This document shows positions 45,650 to 55,427 of a stretch of DNA of 64,000 nt, one piece after another. The notes beneath the pieces were generated by a model. It worked only from the letters and a program-made list of their open reading frames with translations, ran no database searches and was not told the origin of the DNA. The DNA is from Acidimicrobiales bacterium. Lineage in GTDB: Bacteria; Actinomycetota; Acidimicrobiia; Acidimicrobiales; Bog-793. The stretch is taken from the NCBI GenBank assembly GCA_049523315.1, contig JBEKMZ010000014.1, positions 3,763 to 67,762 of the forward strand, in the 5' to 3' direction. The translations under genes were made by a program, and so were the position numbers. Each line of letters begins with the position of its first letter. The first letter of the stretch is position 1.

Positions 45650-47959
45650 TCAACCCTTGAGCACGAATTCCTCGGATTCCTCGTCGACAAACAGGCGGAG
45701 CTCCTCGGCTAGCAGCGTGTGTGCCTCCAGCTCCGGGTCCTCGTCGACGATCTCCTCGGCCACCTTGCGGGCCGCCCGCACAAGCGCCTTGTCTCTGCGG
45801 AGCGAGGCCAGGCGCAGATCGCTCCTGCCCTTCTGCCGGCTCCCGAGGACGGTGCCCTCGCCGCGTAGCTCGAGGTCGACCTCGGCGAGCTCGAAGCCAT
45901 CGCTGGAGGCCTCGAGGGCGCGCAGGCGTCTTTCCGCCCCGGGTGTGACGACTTCCGCGAGCAGAAAGCACCAGGACTTGTCCGTCCCGCGGCCGACCCT
46001 TCCCCGCAGCTGGTGCAGCTGCGCGATGCCGAAGCGGTCCGCGTCCTCGATCACCATCACCGTCGCGTTGGCGACATCGACGCCCACCTCGATGACCGTC
46101 GTCGCGACGAGCACCTGGAGCTCACCGCGACGGAAGGCCGCCATGGTGGCTTCCTTCTCCTTCGACGGGAGCTGACCGTGGAGAAGGCCCACCCTAAAAC
46201 CCGTGAGCTCGCTCGAACAAAGTCGCGCGAACTCCTCCACGGCTGATTTCGGGAGCGGTTTCGGCACGGACTCCGCGTCGAGATCGAGGCCGGTGAGGGG
46301 CAGCCGCGAGATCATGACCTGCGCAAGGTCGTCCTCGTCGGGCGCGTCGTAGTCGAGCTCAGCTTCTTCGGCCTCGAGCACCTCAGGCTCCTCGTCCTCG
46401 GGCTGGCCCCCGCCCACGAGCGGGCAGATGACATAGGCCTGGCGCCCGGCAGAGATCTCCTTGCGCACAAGCTCCCAAGCCACCGGATACTCCTCTCGAC
46501 CGTTCAGCCAGACGGTAGCCACCGGTGTCCGCCCGACCGGGAGCTCGTCGAGGACGGTCTGGTCCAAGTCGCCGTAGACGGTCATCGCCGCGGTGCGCGG
46601 GATCGGGGTCGCGGTCATAACGAGGACGTCAGGGTGGCGCGAGCCCGGCTCGTCACCACCGGCGGCCGGTCCCTTCTCGCGCAGCGCGGCGCGCTGCTCG
46701 ACCCCGAAGCGGTGCTGCTCGTCGATCACTACGACCCCGAGCGAGCGGAAACGGACGTTGTCGGTCAAGAGCGCATGTGTGCCCACGACCAGGTCGAGGC
46801 TCCCGTCCAAGAGCTCGGCCTGGATCCGCGTCCGTTCGCCAGCAGCCGTCCGGCTCGTGAGCAGCGCGACTCCAAGCGGGCGCGAGCCTCCGAGGCGGGA
46901 GCCGTCGGGCACCTGCAGGCCGTCGAGGAAGCCGCGCGCGGCAAGGTAGTGCTGCTCGGCGAGCACCTCGGTCGGGACCATGAGCGCCCCTTGATGGCCG
47001 CCCTGCACCCCATAGAGCAGCGTCGCGAGCGCCACGACCGTTTTCCCGGCGCCGACGTCGCCCTGCAAGAGGCGGTGCATCGGGTGCGATGCGGCGAGGT
47101 CGGCGGCGAGTTCGCGCATCGCCCGCTCCTGGGCGGCGGTCAGCTCGAAGGGCAGGCGCCCGAGAAACTCCTCAACGAGGCTTGCCTGCCCCATCGGGGG
47201 CCTGACGATGTGGGCAATCCCGGGAGCTTGGGTCGCGGCGGCGCGCTTTTTCATCACGAGGAGGAGCTGCAGCCTCAACAGCTCATCGAAGGCCAGGCGG
47301 CGGCGGGCGGCGTCGCGTTCCTCGAAGCTCTCGGGGGCGTGTATCCCCTGGAAAGCCTCTGTACGCCCCACCAGGTTGAGCTCCTCGACGAACCGCTCCG
47401 GCAGGACCTCTGCCAGGCGCCCGGTGCGTTCTAAGGCCTCTTTCATGTACGAGGCGAGCTCCGTCGAGCCGATCTTGGCCTTTCCCGACTGCGGGTACAC
47501 CGCCACGATGCGCCCCGTCTGGTCGCCGACGAGGTCAACGACCGGGTTTGTCATCTGGCGCCCGCCCCGATAGGTCTCGGTGCGGCCGAAGACGACGACC
47601 TGCGAACCGACCGCCAGCTGCTGGGCCCGCCACGGTTGGTTGAAGAACACGACCGTCAAGCGCCCGGTCGCGTCCTCGACGACGATCTGCGCCATCGTCC
47701 TCCCGCCCCGCAAACGGCGGGCGGAGACCCGTAGCACCGTTGCGGTGACCATGGCCTCCTCACCCTCGACGAGCGCGCCTATCTCGGACTGGTGGCGACG
47801 GTCGATCCAGCGCCGTGGGTAGTGCATGAGCAGGTCGAGGACGGTCTCTATGCCCATCGACTCGAGCCCGGCCGCCTTTTTGGCCTTGACGGCGCGGAGT
47901 TCTGTCACGCTCTTGTCCCTGAGAGTCCGCAGCTTGCGGCCTCCCGCCGCCTCGCTCAC
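45650..47959 (-). CDS. recG: ATP-dependent DNA helicase RecG
   Basis: The 1061-aa ORF is trimmed to the GTG at 47959, which overlaps the upstream stop as GTGA. Wedge domain, helicase motifs (LLQGDVGAGKTVVA, VIDEQHRFG, QLHQLRGRVGRG) and an acidic insert typical of actinobacterial RecG. Confidence 0.92.
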   Translation of the reverse strand: MSEAAGGRKLRTLRDKSVTELRAVKAKKAAGLESMGIETVLDLLMHYPRRWIDRRHQSEIGALVEGEEAMVTATVLRVSARRLRGGRTMAQIVVEDATGRLTVVFFNQPWRAQQLAVGSQVVVFGRTETYRGGRQMTNPVVDLVGDQTGRIVAVYPQSGKAKIGSTELASYMKEALERTGRLAEVLPERFVEELNLVGRTEAFQGIHAPESFEERDAARRRLAFDELLRLQLLLVMKKRAAATQAPGIAHIVRPPMGQASLVEEFLGRLPFELTAAQERAMRELAADLAASHPMHRLLQGDVGAGKTVVALATLLYGVQGGHQGALMVPTEVLAEQHYLAARGFLDGLQVPDGSRLGGSRPLGVALLTSRTAAGERTRIQAELLDGSLDLVVGTHALLTDNVRFRSLGVVVIDEQHRFGVEQRAALREKGPAAGGDEPGSRHPDVLVMTATPIPRTAAMTVYGDLDQTVLDELPVGRTPVATVWLNGREEYPVAWELVRKEISAGRQAYVICPLVGGGQPEDEEPEVLEAEEAELDYDAPDEDDLAQVMISRLPLTGLDLDAESVPKPLPKSAVEEFARLCSSELTGFRVGLLHGQLPSKEKEATMAAFRRGELQVLVATTVIEVGVDVANATVMVIEDADRFGIAQLHQLRGRVGRGTDKSWCFLLAEVVTPGAERRLRALEASSDGFELAEVDLELRGEGTVLGSRQKGRSDLRLASLRRDKALVRAARKVAEEIVDEDPELEAHTLLAEELRLFVDEESEEFVLKG

Positions 47960-49755
47960 TCGACCGAGACTAGGTACGGGTACAGCGGCTGGCCACCGTG
48001 ATGCAGCTCCAGCGAGATGCCCGGCCAGTTTTCGCGCAGCCACTCCGAGACCCGCCGCGTATCCGCGGTGGTCGCTCCGGCACCCTCGATCAGCGTCACG
48101 ATCTCGTCCGAGTCGCCGAGCATCTTCTGCAGCAGCCCGCAGGTTGCCTCGGGCAGGGTCCCCGCGACCGACTCGATCCCGTTTCGCGACAGCCCGATGA
48201 AATTCCCGGCCTCGATCGGCCCCGCTTCGGAGTCGCTCGCCCGAACCGCCCGGGTCACCTCTCCGGCGCGCACGCGGCTCGCGGCCGCACTCATGGCCTC
48301 GGCGTTCTCTTGCGCGCCCGCTCCGGGGTCGTACTCGAGCAGGGCGGCGAAACCTTCCTGGATGCCGTGCGTGGCGACGACGAAGGCCGGCTTTTTCGAC
48401 AGCTGGCGGACCTGCTCGGCGACGGCGACGATGTTCTTGTTGTTGGGCAGGATCACGACCTCGGCACCCGGGACGGAGTCGACGACCTCGAGGATCTGCT
48501 CGGTGGAGGGGTTCATGGACTGGCCCCCGCCAACGATGTGGTGGACACCGAGCGAGTAGAAGATTCGGCGGATGCCATCCCCGGTCGCGACGGCGACGAC
48601 CGAGGTGATCGGTGCCGGCTCGTCGAGGCTCGCCGGTGAAGCCGCGAGCTCGGAGGCGCGCCGGACCCAGAACTCCTCTTCGACCTGGTCGAGCAGGTCC
48701 GTGACGCGTATATCCCGAGGGCGGCCGGCGTCGAGTGCCGCTTCGATCGCGGCTCCGATGTCGTCTGTGTGGATGTGGCAGTTCCACAGGCCGTCGCCGC
48801 CAACGACAACTATGGAGTCCCCGATCCCGGCCCATACGGCCTTGAAGGCCCCGAGCGCCTCGTCGGGAGCCTCGAGGAAGTACATGACCTCATAGCGCAG
48901 GTCACCGATGGCACTGGCCTCGCCGTTGGGGCTAGCCGAGCGCGCCCTCGCGGCGTCGTTGTGCCTCGAGCCGTTGCCAGACACACCTGTTCTGGCCGCC
49001 GGCTTCGCTCCGGGCGCGGCGGCCCAGCTGGCCTCAAAGCCGCCAGCGATCCGCTCGGCCACCTCCGGCGGCAGGGGCAGCTCCTCGGCCATCGCGCGCC
49101 CGTCGATGACGTGCAGGAAGGCCTCGTACAACAGCACGAGGCCGGCGCCCCCGGCGTCGACTACGCCTGCCTGGGCCAGTACCGGGAGCAAGTCGGGCGT
49201 GCGCCAGAGCGAGGAGACCGCGGCCCTGCTGGCCGCTTCGAAGACCGTCGTCAGATCGCCCCCGCCCTGCTCGTCGACCTCCCACGCGGCCGCGGCTGCG
49301 TCGGCGGCGACGGTCAGCATCGTGCCCTCGACGGGCCGCATGACTCCGGCTCGCGCAGCCGCGCTGCCCTCCGAGAGGGCGACCGCCGCCTCGTGGGCAC
49401 CGACCACCGGCAAGGGGGCGAACGTGCCCGAGATGCCACGGAGGATCTGGCACAAGATGACGCCCGAGTTGCCCCTCGCCCCCATCAACGAGCCGCTCGC
49501 TATGGCCCGGCATGCCACGCCCATCGCGTCGCCGCCGGCGGCCTCTAGGTCGAGGCCGTCGAGCGCCTTCACGACGCTCTCGAGGGTGAGCGCCATGTTC
49601 GTGCCTGTGTCCCCGTCCGGGACGGGGTAGACGTTCAGGCGGTTGACGACCGAGCGGTGCCGCTCCAGACCCTCTGAGAACGCGCGCATGACCTTCACCA
49701 GGCGCTCAGGGGTCAGGCCGTCGAAGGAATCGGTACCAGTGGGCCGCTCGGTCAC
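47956..49755 (-). CDS. DAK2 domain fusion protein (YloV-like)
   Basis: LNVYPVPDGDTGTNMALT (DAK2 motif) plus a C-terminal DegV-like/YloV domain. The GTG start at 49755 is tentative. Confidence 0.85.
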   Translation of the reverse strand: MTERPTGTDSFDGLTPERLVKVMRAFSEGLERHRSVVNRLNVYPVPDGDTGTNMALTLESVVKALDGLDLEAAGGDAMGVACRAIASGSLMGARGNSGVILCQILRGISGTFAPLPVVGAHEAAVALSEGSAAARAGVMRPVEGTMLTVAADAAAAAWEVDEQGGGDLTTVFEAASRAAVSSLWRTPDLLPVLAQAGVVDAGGAGLVLLYEAFLHVIDGRAMAEELPLPPEVAERIAGGFEASWAAAPGAKPAARTGVSGNGSRHNDAARARSASPNGEASAIGDLRYEVMYFLEAPDEALGAFKAVWAGIGDSIVVVGGDGLWNCHIHTDDIGAAIEAALDAGRPRDIRVTDLLDQVEEEFWVRRASELAASPASLDEPAPITSVVAVATGDGIRRIFYSLGVHHIVGGGQSMNPSTEQILEVVDSVPGAEVVILPNNKNIVAVAEQVRQLSKKPAFVVATHGIQEGFAALLEYDPGAGAQENAEAMSAAASRVRAGEVTRAVRASDSEAGPIEAGNFIGLSRNGIESVAGTLPEATCGLLQKMLGDSDEIVTLIEGAGATTADTRRVSEWLRENWPGISLELHHGGQPLYPYLVSVE

Positions 49756-49895
49756 CGGTCTAGGGGGCCTCGTGACGGCACCGGCAACATGGTGGTGCCG
49801 ATCGTCGCGGATCGGTCTCGCACGGCGCCATTCCAATGGATGCTAACGTCACACCTCGTCCATTTGTAGGAACTCTCTCCGAGGAACGCGTCATC

Positions 49896-50120
49896 GTGGC
49901 AGCTGTATGTGAGCTATGTGGGAAGCACCCGGGCTTCGGGATGAACGTGTCCCACTCCCATCGGCGCACGAAGCGTCGCTGGGACCCGAACATCCAGCGT
50001 GTCCGCGCCCTCGTCAATGGCACACCGACTCATCTGAACGTCTGCACGTCGTGCATCCGCGCTGGCCGAGTGGTAAAGCCGCCTCGCCGGATCCTCACCG
50101 AGCGCTCGAGCTCAGCGTAG
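49896..50120 (+). CDS. rpmB: 50S ribosomal protein L28
   Basis: (M)[56 protein letters not shown]. Trimmed to the in-frame GTG at 49896. Confidence 0.9.
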   Translation: MAAVCELCGKHPGFGMNVSHSHRRTKRRWDPNIQRVRALVNGTPTHLNVCTSCIRAGRVVKPPRRILTERSSSA

Positions 50121-50122
50121 GG

Positions 50123-50139
50123 CCCGGCTGAGCGCCGGG
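50123..50139. terminator. short GC hairpin between convergent rpmB and thiL
   Basis: cccggc-tgagc-gccggg is a 6-bp stem with a 5-nt loop, located 3 nt after the rpmB stop. No U-tract. Confidence 0.25.
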
Positions 50140-50156
50140 ATCGTCCCTTTGCCGCC

Positions 50157-51089
50157 TCAGCGGAGGCGGTGCTCCCACCCGGACGCTGCCAGGGTCTCGT
50201 CTCCCACGCGCCTTGTCGCGGGGTCTGCGACGCACTCGCCTATGCGAATAGGCGGCCGTAGGCCCTCGGCCGTGAACGCCCTCGAGACGGCTTCAGTATC
50301 GCCGGCGGCGAAGACGAGCTCGTAGTCCTCACCACCGCCCAGGGCGTCATCTCGGGTCGCGCCGTTCGCGACAGGAATCGTGTCGAGGACGACACCGACA
50401 CCCGAAGCCGTCGCGAGACGGTCGAGGTCGAGCCCGAGGCCGTCGGACACGTCGATCATCGCGCTCGCCCCGCCCGCCGAGGCCGCCCGTCCCTCCGCCA
50501 CCCGCGCCGCGGGGCGGCGGTAGGCCGCGGCCAGGTCCGCCCAGGCGGCTGCAGCTCCGGCCGCCTGGGCGCGAAGTCCCCTGAGCCCTGCTGCCGACCG
50601 CCCGAGGGGCCCAGTCACATAAAGCGAATCACCGGGGCGCGCCCCGCTGCGCAGTATCGCCCTTCGGTCCCCCGCGGTCCCGGTTATGGCGACGGACACG
50701 ACCAGGCACGGGCCGGCGGAGAGGTCCCCGCCGACGACGGCGCACGCGTACGCCGCTCCGGCCTCTGCGATGCCGCGGGCAAGGCCGTCGATCATGGAGG
50801 CGCCCGCTCCGATCACGGTCACCAGCGCGTGCAAGGGTCGACCCCCCATCGCGGCAATGTCACTCACGTTCACGGCAAGCGCCTTCCAGCCCACGTCCGC
50901 CGCATCCACGATGTCAAGGTCGAAATGCACGCCTTCGACGACCGCGTCGGCGGCGAGCAGCAATGACCCGCCCGGCGGCACGGTGACGATCGCGGCATCG
51001 TCGCCAATCCAGGTCTCACCCGGCGGCGGTCCCGGCAACGCGCGGCGGATCGCCTCGATCGCAGCTATCTCGCCGTCGGAGATCGACAC
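50157..51089 (-). CDS. thiL: thiamine-monophosphate kinase
   Basis: [13 protein letters not shown]...IGDDAAIV...[18 protein letters not shown]-synthase-related fold. 310 aa. Confidence 0.9.
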   Translation of the reverse strand: MSISDGEIAAIEAIRRALPGPPPGETWIGDDAAIVTVPPGGSLLLAADAVVEGVHFDLDIVDAADVGWKALAVNVSDIAAMGGRPLHALVTVIGAGASMIDGLARGIAEAGAAYACAVVGGDLSAGPCLVVSVAITGTAGDRRAILRSGARPGDSLYVTGPLGRSAAGLRGLRAQAAGAAAAWADLAAAYRRPAARVAEGRAASAGGASAMIDVSDGLGLDLDRLATASGVGVVLDTIPVANGATRDDALGGGEDYELVFAAGDTEAVSRAFTAEGLRPPIRIGECVADPATRRVGDETLAASGWEHRLR

Positions 51090-51190
51090 AACCTTGGACG
51101 CTACCTCCGAGCGCGGTCGGGCCGTCGCCCTGGCATGACGCCTGGCTCGCTGACTTGGGAGCTCGTTGGGGCCTCGCCTACGATCGGCAA

Positions 51191-52981
51191 ATGGCAGAGA
51201 CTCGCAACCGCAATCTCCTCGACTGGGTCGATGAAGTCGCTACGCTCACTCAGCCCGACCGGGTGGAGTGGTGCGACGGTTCGGCCGAAGAGTACGACCG
51301 GCTTTGCCAGCTCCTTGTGGACCGGGGGACCTTCACGAAGCTCTCCGATGCGAAGCGCCCGGGCAGCTACCTCGCCCGTTCGGACCCGGCCGACGTCGCC
51401 CGTGTCGAGGGACGCACCTTCGTATGCCCGACCGATCCCACCGATGCAGGACCGAACAACAACTGGGTGCACCCCGACGAGATGCGAGCCACCTTGACCG
51501 GGCTGTTCCGGGCCTCGATGCGGGGCCGGACAATGTACGTCGTCCCCTTCTGCATGGGCCCTCTCGGCTCGCCGATCGCGCATCTCGGGGTCGAGATCAC
51601 CGACTCGGCCTATGTGGTCGTGAACATGCGCATCATGACGAGGATGGGCTCGGGCGCCCTCGAGGTGATCGGCGACGCGGGCGAGTTCGTCCGGTGCCTG
51701 CACTCGGTCGGTGCTCCCCTTTTGGCCGGGCAACAGGACGTGGCGTGGCCTTGCGCCCCTGGTCACGTCTATGTGTCCCACTTCCCCGAGACGCGTGAGA
51801 TCTGGTCCTTCGGTTCCGGCTACGGCGGCAACGCCCTCTTGGGCAAGAAGTGCTTCGCGCTGCGGATCGCGTCGGTCATCGGACGCGACGAGGGCTGGCT
51901 CGCCGAGCACATGCTGATCTTGAAACTGACCTCCCCAGCAGGCGAGGTCCGATACCTCACAGGGGCGTTCCCCTCGGCCTGCGGCAAGACGAACCTCGCC
52001 ATGCTCGTGCCGACAATGCCGGGCTGGAAGGTCGAGACGATCGGCGACGACATCTGCTGGATGAAGATCGGTCCCGACGGGACTTTGCGGGCGATCAACC
52101 CGGAGGCGGGTTTCTTCGGGGTCGCGCCGGGCACGAACATGGTCACGAACCCGAACGCGGTGCTCACGCTCTCGGGCAACTGCATCTTCACGAACACGGC
52201 GCTCACAGACGACGGCGACGTCTGGTGGGAGGGCCTCACCGAAGAACCCCCGGAACATTGCACAGACTGGCGCGGCGAGAACTGGACCCCGCAGTCTTCG
52301 AGCCCGGCGGCCCACCCGAACTCGCGCTTTACCGCTCCGGCCAGCCAGGACCCGGCGATAGCCAGCGAGTGGGAGGACCCTGTCGGCGTTCCCGTTTCGG
52401 CGATCTTGTTCGGCGGCAGGCGGGGCTCGGTCGTCCCGCTGGTGTATGAGGCCTTCGACTGGGCCCACGGGGTGTTCCTGGGCTCGATCATGTCATCGGA
52501 GACGACGGCGGCGGCCACCGGCGCGGTTGGCAAGCTGCGCCACGACCCTTTCGCGATGTTGCCGTTCTGCGGCTACAACATGGCCGACTACTGGGCGCAC
52601 TGGCTTTCGTTCAGGGACAGGGTGGACGAGGAGAACCTCCCGAGGGTCTTTTACGTCAATTGGTTCCGCAAGGCGGCCGACGGCCGCTGGCTGTGGCCCG
52701 GCTTCGGTGAGAACTCCCGGGTGCTCGAGTGGATCTTCGAGCGCTGCGCCGGCCGAGGAGATGCCATCCTTGAGCCGATTGGCTACCTGCCATCACCCGG
52801 CGCGATCGACATCGAAGGGCTAGACATCTCCAAGGAGGACATGGAGGAGCTGCTCCAGGTCGATTCCGACGAATGGCGGGGCGAGCTGTCTCCCATCACC
52901 GCCTACTTCGCCGAGTTCGCAGACCGCCTCCCCACTGCGATCTCGGACCAGCTCGAGGGACTCAAAAAGCGCCTCGGCTGA
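51191..52981 (+). CDS. pckG: phosphoenolpyruvate carboxykinase (GTP)
   Basis: [31 protein letters not shown]..., [13 protein letters not shown] (kinase-1a P-loop) and YVNWFRK. About 596 aa. Confidence 0.95.
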   Translation: MAETRNRNLLDWVDEVATLTQPDRVEWCDGSAEEYDRLCQLLVDRGTFTKLSDAKRPGSYLARSDPADVARVEGRTFVCPTDPTDAGPNNNWVHPDEMRATLTGLFRASMRGRTMYVVPFCMGPLGSPIAHLGVEITDSAYVVVNMRIMTRMGSGALEVIGDAGEFVRCLHSVGAPLLAGQQDVAWPCAPGHVYVSHFPETREIWSFGSGYGGNALLGKKCFALRIASVIGRDEGWLAEHMLILKLTSPAGEVRYLTGAFPSACGKTNLAMLVPTMPGWKVETIGDDICWMKIGPDGTLRAINPEAGFFGVAPGTNMVTNPNAVLTLSGNCIFTNTALTDDGDVWWEGLTEEPPEHCTDWRGENWTPQSSSPAAHPNSRFTAPASQDPAIASEWEDPVGVPVSAILFGGRRGSVVPLVYEAFDWAHGVFLGSIMSSETTAAATGAVGKLRHDPFAMLPFCGYNMADYWAHWLSFRDRVDEENLPRVFYVNWFRKAADGRWLWPGFGENSRVLEWIFERCAGRGDAILEPIGYLPSPGAIDIEGLDISKEDMEELLQVDSDEWRGELSPITAYFAEFADRLPTAISDQLEGLKKRLG

Positions 52982-53070
52982 GCACCTAGCGGGTTGCGAG
53001 CGTAGCGCCCGACAGGACGGCTCAGCTCAACCCCATGTGGCGCTCGTCACCTGGTTGGCGGGGACCGGCA

Positions 53071-53418
53071 CTACAGCCGTGGTGGGGCCGGCCCGGGGGA
53101 TCGCCGCGGTGTACCCCCCGGGCACGGGCGGGGACACCGCCCCCGGGACCCGGGGGTGACCCATACATGCGTGCGCCTCGCTGGGTCCGAAACCGGGTGG
53201 ATCTCCACCTCGAGGCCTTCACGCTCTGCCGACGCTGTCAAGATGAGAGCCCCCGTGTGCTCGCCGACGTCCACCATGACGGCTCGGCTCGGCTCGGTCG
53301 GCCGGGCCATGTGCCCGGCAGGCGGCGCCACGACGCCGTGATGGTGAAGCCCAAGGGCCCTGTGGGGATGGCAATGGCCGTGTTCTTGCGCCTTTTCTGC
53401 CCCTGCGCTCGTGGTCAT
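53071..53418 (-). CDS. His-rich small protein, last gene of the DUF4331 operon; probably frameshifted near its 3' end
   Basis: MTTSAGAEKAQEHGHCHPHRALGLHHHGVV...AVMVDVGEHTGALILTASAEREGLEVEIHP. The ATG at 53418 lies 4 nt after the DUF4331 stop, and a TTG at 53433 is an alternative. After THVWVTPG the annotated frame becomes Arg/Pro junk, while another frame continues plausibly to a stop at 53027 (see findings). Confidence 0.5.
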   Translation of the reverse strand: MTTSAGAEKAQEHGHCHPHRALGLHHHGVVAPPAGHMARPTEPSRAVMVDVGEHTGALILTASAEREGLEVEIHPVSDPARRTHVWVTPGSRGRCPRPCPGGTPRRSPGPAPPRL

Positions 53419-53422
53419 CTCG

Positions 53423-54865
53423 TCAACCGGCAAGTGGGACGTTCTGACGTGACGGGTTGTCGAAGCCGTCCCACGGATCGGTCAGGTACGGGAACGAGTC
53501 ACGGTAGCTGAGACCGAAAGCGGACAGGCTGGCCGCGGTCGCTGGCTCGGAGGAGGGCCCGCCGACGTCGTAGAGCAGGCCCGCGGCGCCGTCAGGGTTG
53601 TACGACTTCACGACCGCGCCGAGGAGCGCTCCTGCTACCGCCTTGAGCTCGATGCTCACGACGTCGTCGTACACGCGGCGCCCATTCGGGAACCCGGCGA
53701 CGTCACCGCCCACGACCCCGAGGATGTGCGCCTTGTCGGGTGTCACCGGCTTGATCGCCACGTTGAGACGGAGCAGGTCGGACTTCGTCGACCCCGTGTA
53801 GTTCTGGAAGCCCGGGAACAGCCCGGCCGGGACTCCGGTGAGGAGCACGGCGTCGAGGTCGGGGCGGGTGTTCGTCGACACTGTCGTGTAAGCGACGAGG
53901 TTCGGGAACGCCCCCGGGTAGAGAACATTGAGCAGCGCTGCGAGCGTCGGGTGGTCGTAGTAGGCCGCGAACTGGTGGTCGCCGTCAGGGCCTTGGGTGT
54001 TCCAGTAGTCCTTCACGCCCATCGGGATGATGACCTCGTTGATGAGCGGGTTGCCTAGGCGTGAGACCTGGATCCACGGCCCGGCGCTGGTGCTCTCGCC
54101 GTACCCGTGGATCAGCGTCTTCTGGCGGGCCGCCGTTGTCCACACGCCCATCACCGCGTCGGCGGAGGTGTAGCTCGAGGGCGTGTTCGCGTTCTTGGTG
54201 AGGTCCCTGATCGGGACCTGGATCGCGATGGAGTGGACGTTCAACCCGGCAAGGGTGTTGATGCCCGCAACGGCTGAGGCCTTGAGGAGGAAGTCGGGCT
54301 GGAAGGGGCGAAGGTCGCCCAGGTCGAAGATCGAGCCGAGGTCGACGTAAAAGCCGTCGGCACGCTGGCCGGCGAAGCTGTAGGTGCCCGAGGCGATCTC
54401 GTGGATCGCCTGCGAGGTGAGCGGGGCGTACGACGGGATCGAGTTCGTGCCGACGTTGCACGGCGGGCAGGCCAGGTCCTTGGCCAAAAGGTGCGTGCCG
54501 TGCTTGTCGACGCGGGTGACCGAGTAGAACTGCTTGCGGTTCCAGGTGGGGTCGCTCAGGTGCTTGATCTGGCCGGTGTTGTACAAGAAGAGGTCGTGCG
54601 CGCCTGTGTCGGAGAGAACCGTCTTGAACCGGAACTGGTAGGTGACGTCCGCGATGGCGTCGCCGTCGTTGTCGATGTGGATCTCGTACAGGACGTCTTC
54701 GCCGAACTCGTAGAAGTTGGGACCCCCGGCAGGCTGCTGGAGGGGGACGTAGTTGGCGATGATCGTGACCGTGCTGGGGTTGTCGGGGCTCACGAAGGCA
54801 TACAGGTCCGCGCTGTCAGCGACGGGATCCTTGGAGATCTCGGGAGCTTCTCTGTGGGAAGACAT
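53423..54865 (-). CDS. DUF4331 domain-containing protein
   Basis: 480 aa. It starts directly with the family-typical MSSHREAPEISKDPVADSADLYAFVSPDNPSTVTIIANYVPLQQPAGGPNFYEF, with no signal peptide. AAAGGTGAGGTG precedes the ATG. Confidence 0.85.
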   Translation of the reverse strand: MSSHREAPEISKDPVADSADLYAFVSPDNPSTVTIIANYVPLQQPAGGPNFYEFGEDVLYEIHIDNDGDAIADVTYQFRFKTVLSDTGAHDLFLYNTGQIKHLSDPTWNRKQFYSVTRVDKHGTHLLAKDLACPPCNVGTNSIPSYAPLTSQAIHEIASGTYSFAGQRADGFYVDLGSIFDLGDLRPFQPDFLLKASAVAGINTLAGLNVHSIAIQVPIRDLTKNANTPSSYTSADAVMGVWTTAARQKTLIHGYGESTSAGPWIQVSRLGNPLINEVIIPMGVKDYWNTQGPDGDHQFAAYYDHPTLAALLNVLYPGAFPNLVAYTTVSTNTRPDLDAVLLTGVPAGLFPGFQNYTGSTKSDLLRLNVAIKPVTPDKAHILGVVGGDVAGFPNGRRVYDDVVSIELKAVAGALLGAVVKSYNPDGAAGLLYDVGGPSSEPATAASLSAFGLSYRDSFPYLTDPWDGFDNPSRQNVPLAG

Positions 54866-54956
54866 CGTTTCTTACACCTCACCTTTTCTCTTTGGGTATG
54901 GAGCGTTCTCGGATCACGACCGTCCGACGGGCTGTCCCGCCGGCGGCCTTTGTCCG

Positions 54957-55247
54957 CTAACCGGCCTCTCGCACGAGCCGTGCGACGAGAGACGCGTCAC
55001 GGCGGACGACTTCGGTGGTGCCGAACATGTAGTGGACCTCGCCACTTCGCGGGTCGGGGATGTGCACGATGAGGGGGCCGGTGGCCGCTCGACCAGCGGG
55101 AGCGGCCAGCCCGTTGGCGTGAACCGTCGCGGGCTTGCGCGATGCCATCACGCGAGGCGGCAGGGACGGGATGGTGGCGAGGAAGCCTGCTGCTGCGACA
55201 CCGCTCCCGGACCGCTTGAGGAACGTCCGTCGGGAAATACTTGCCAT
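54957..55247 (-). CDS. small protein with a twin-arginine (Tat) signal peptide
   Basis: MASISRRTFLKRSGSGVAAAGFLATIPSLPPRVMA is a perfect S-R-R-x-F-L-K motif, followed by a hydrophobic h-region and an A-x-A-like site (VMA). The mature part is about 60 aa. AAGGAGA precedes the ATG. Confidence 0.6.
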   Translation of the reverse strand: MASISRRTFLKRSGSGVAAAGFLATIPSLPPRVMASRKPATVHANGLAAPAGRAATGPLIVHIPDPRSGEVHYMFGTTEVVRRDASLVARLVREAG

Positions 55248-55427
55248 CTACTTGTCTCCTTGTACGGAGAGTGCCGGCGGCGGCACCACAGGTCGGTCAA
55301 GGAACCGCCGGGCCTGCGGTGAGAGCTGCCGGCCCCCGAGCCCGTCCCGGGTGCCTCTCAGACAGGACTACGGCACAGGTCCCGCCGGCGGATGAGCTGG
55401 GGCGCAACGGGCGAAGCTGAGCTCAGC

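Noticed and set aside
47960-48835. 5' extension of recG (the track gives 1061 aa); similar extensions occur on rsmI, rimM, plsX, rpmF, sufB, sufD, the Rieske gene, the methyltransferase and the toroid-fold gene
   Set aside because: The extensions overlap the upstream genes in another frame and are Arg/Pro/Gly-rich. Internal GTG or ATG starts give canonical N-termini and 1-7 nt stop/start overlaps.
51101-52468. 455-aa minus-strand ORF
   Set aside because: It is antisense to pckG, which is an unambiguous GTP-dependent PEP carboxykinase.
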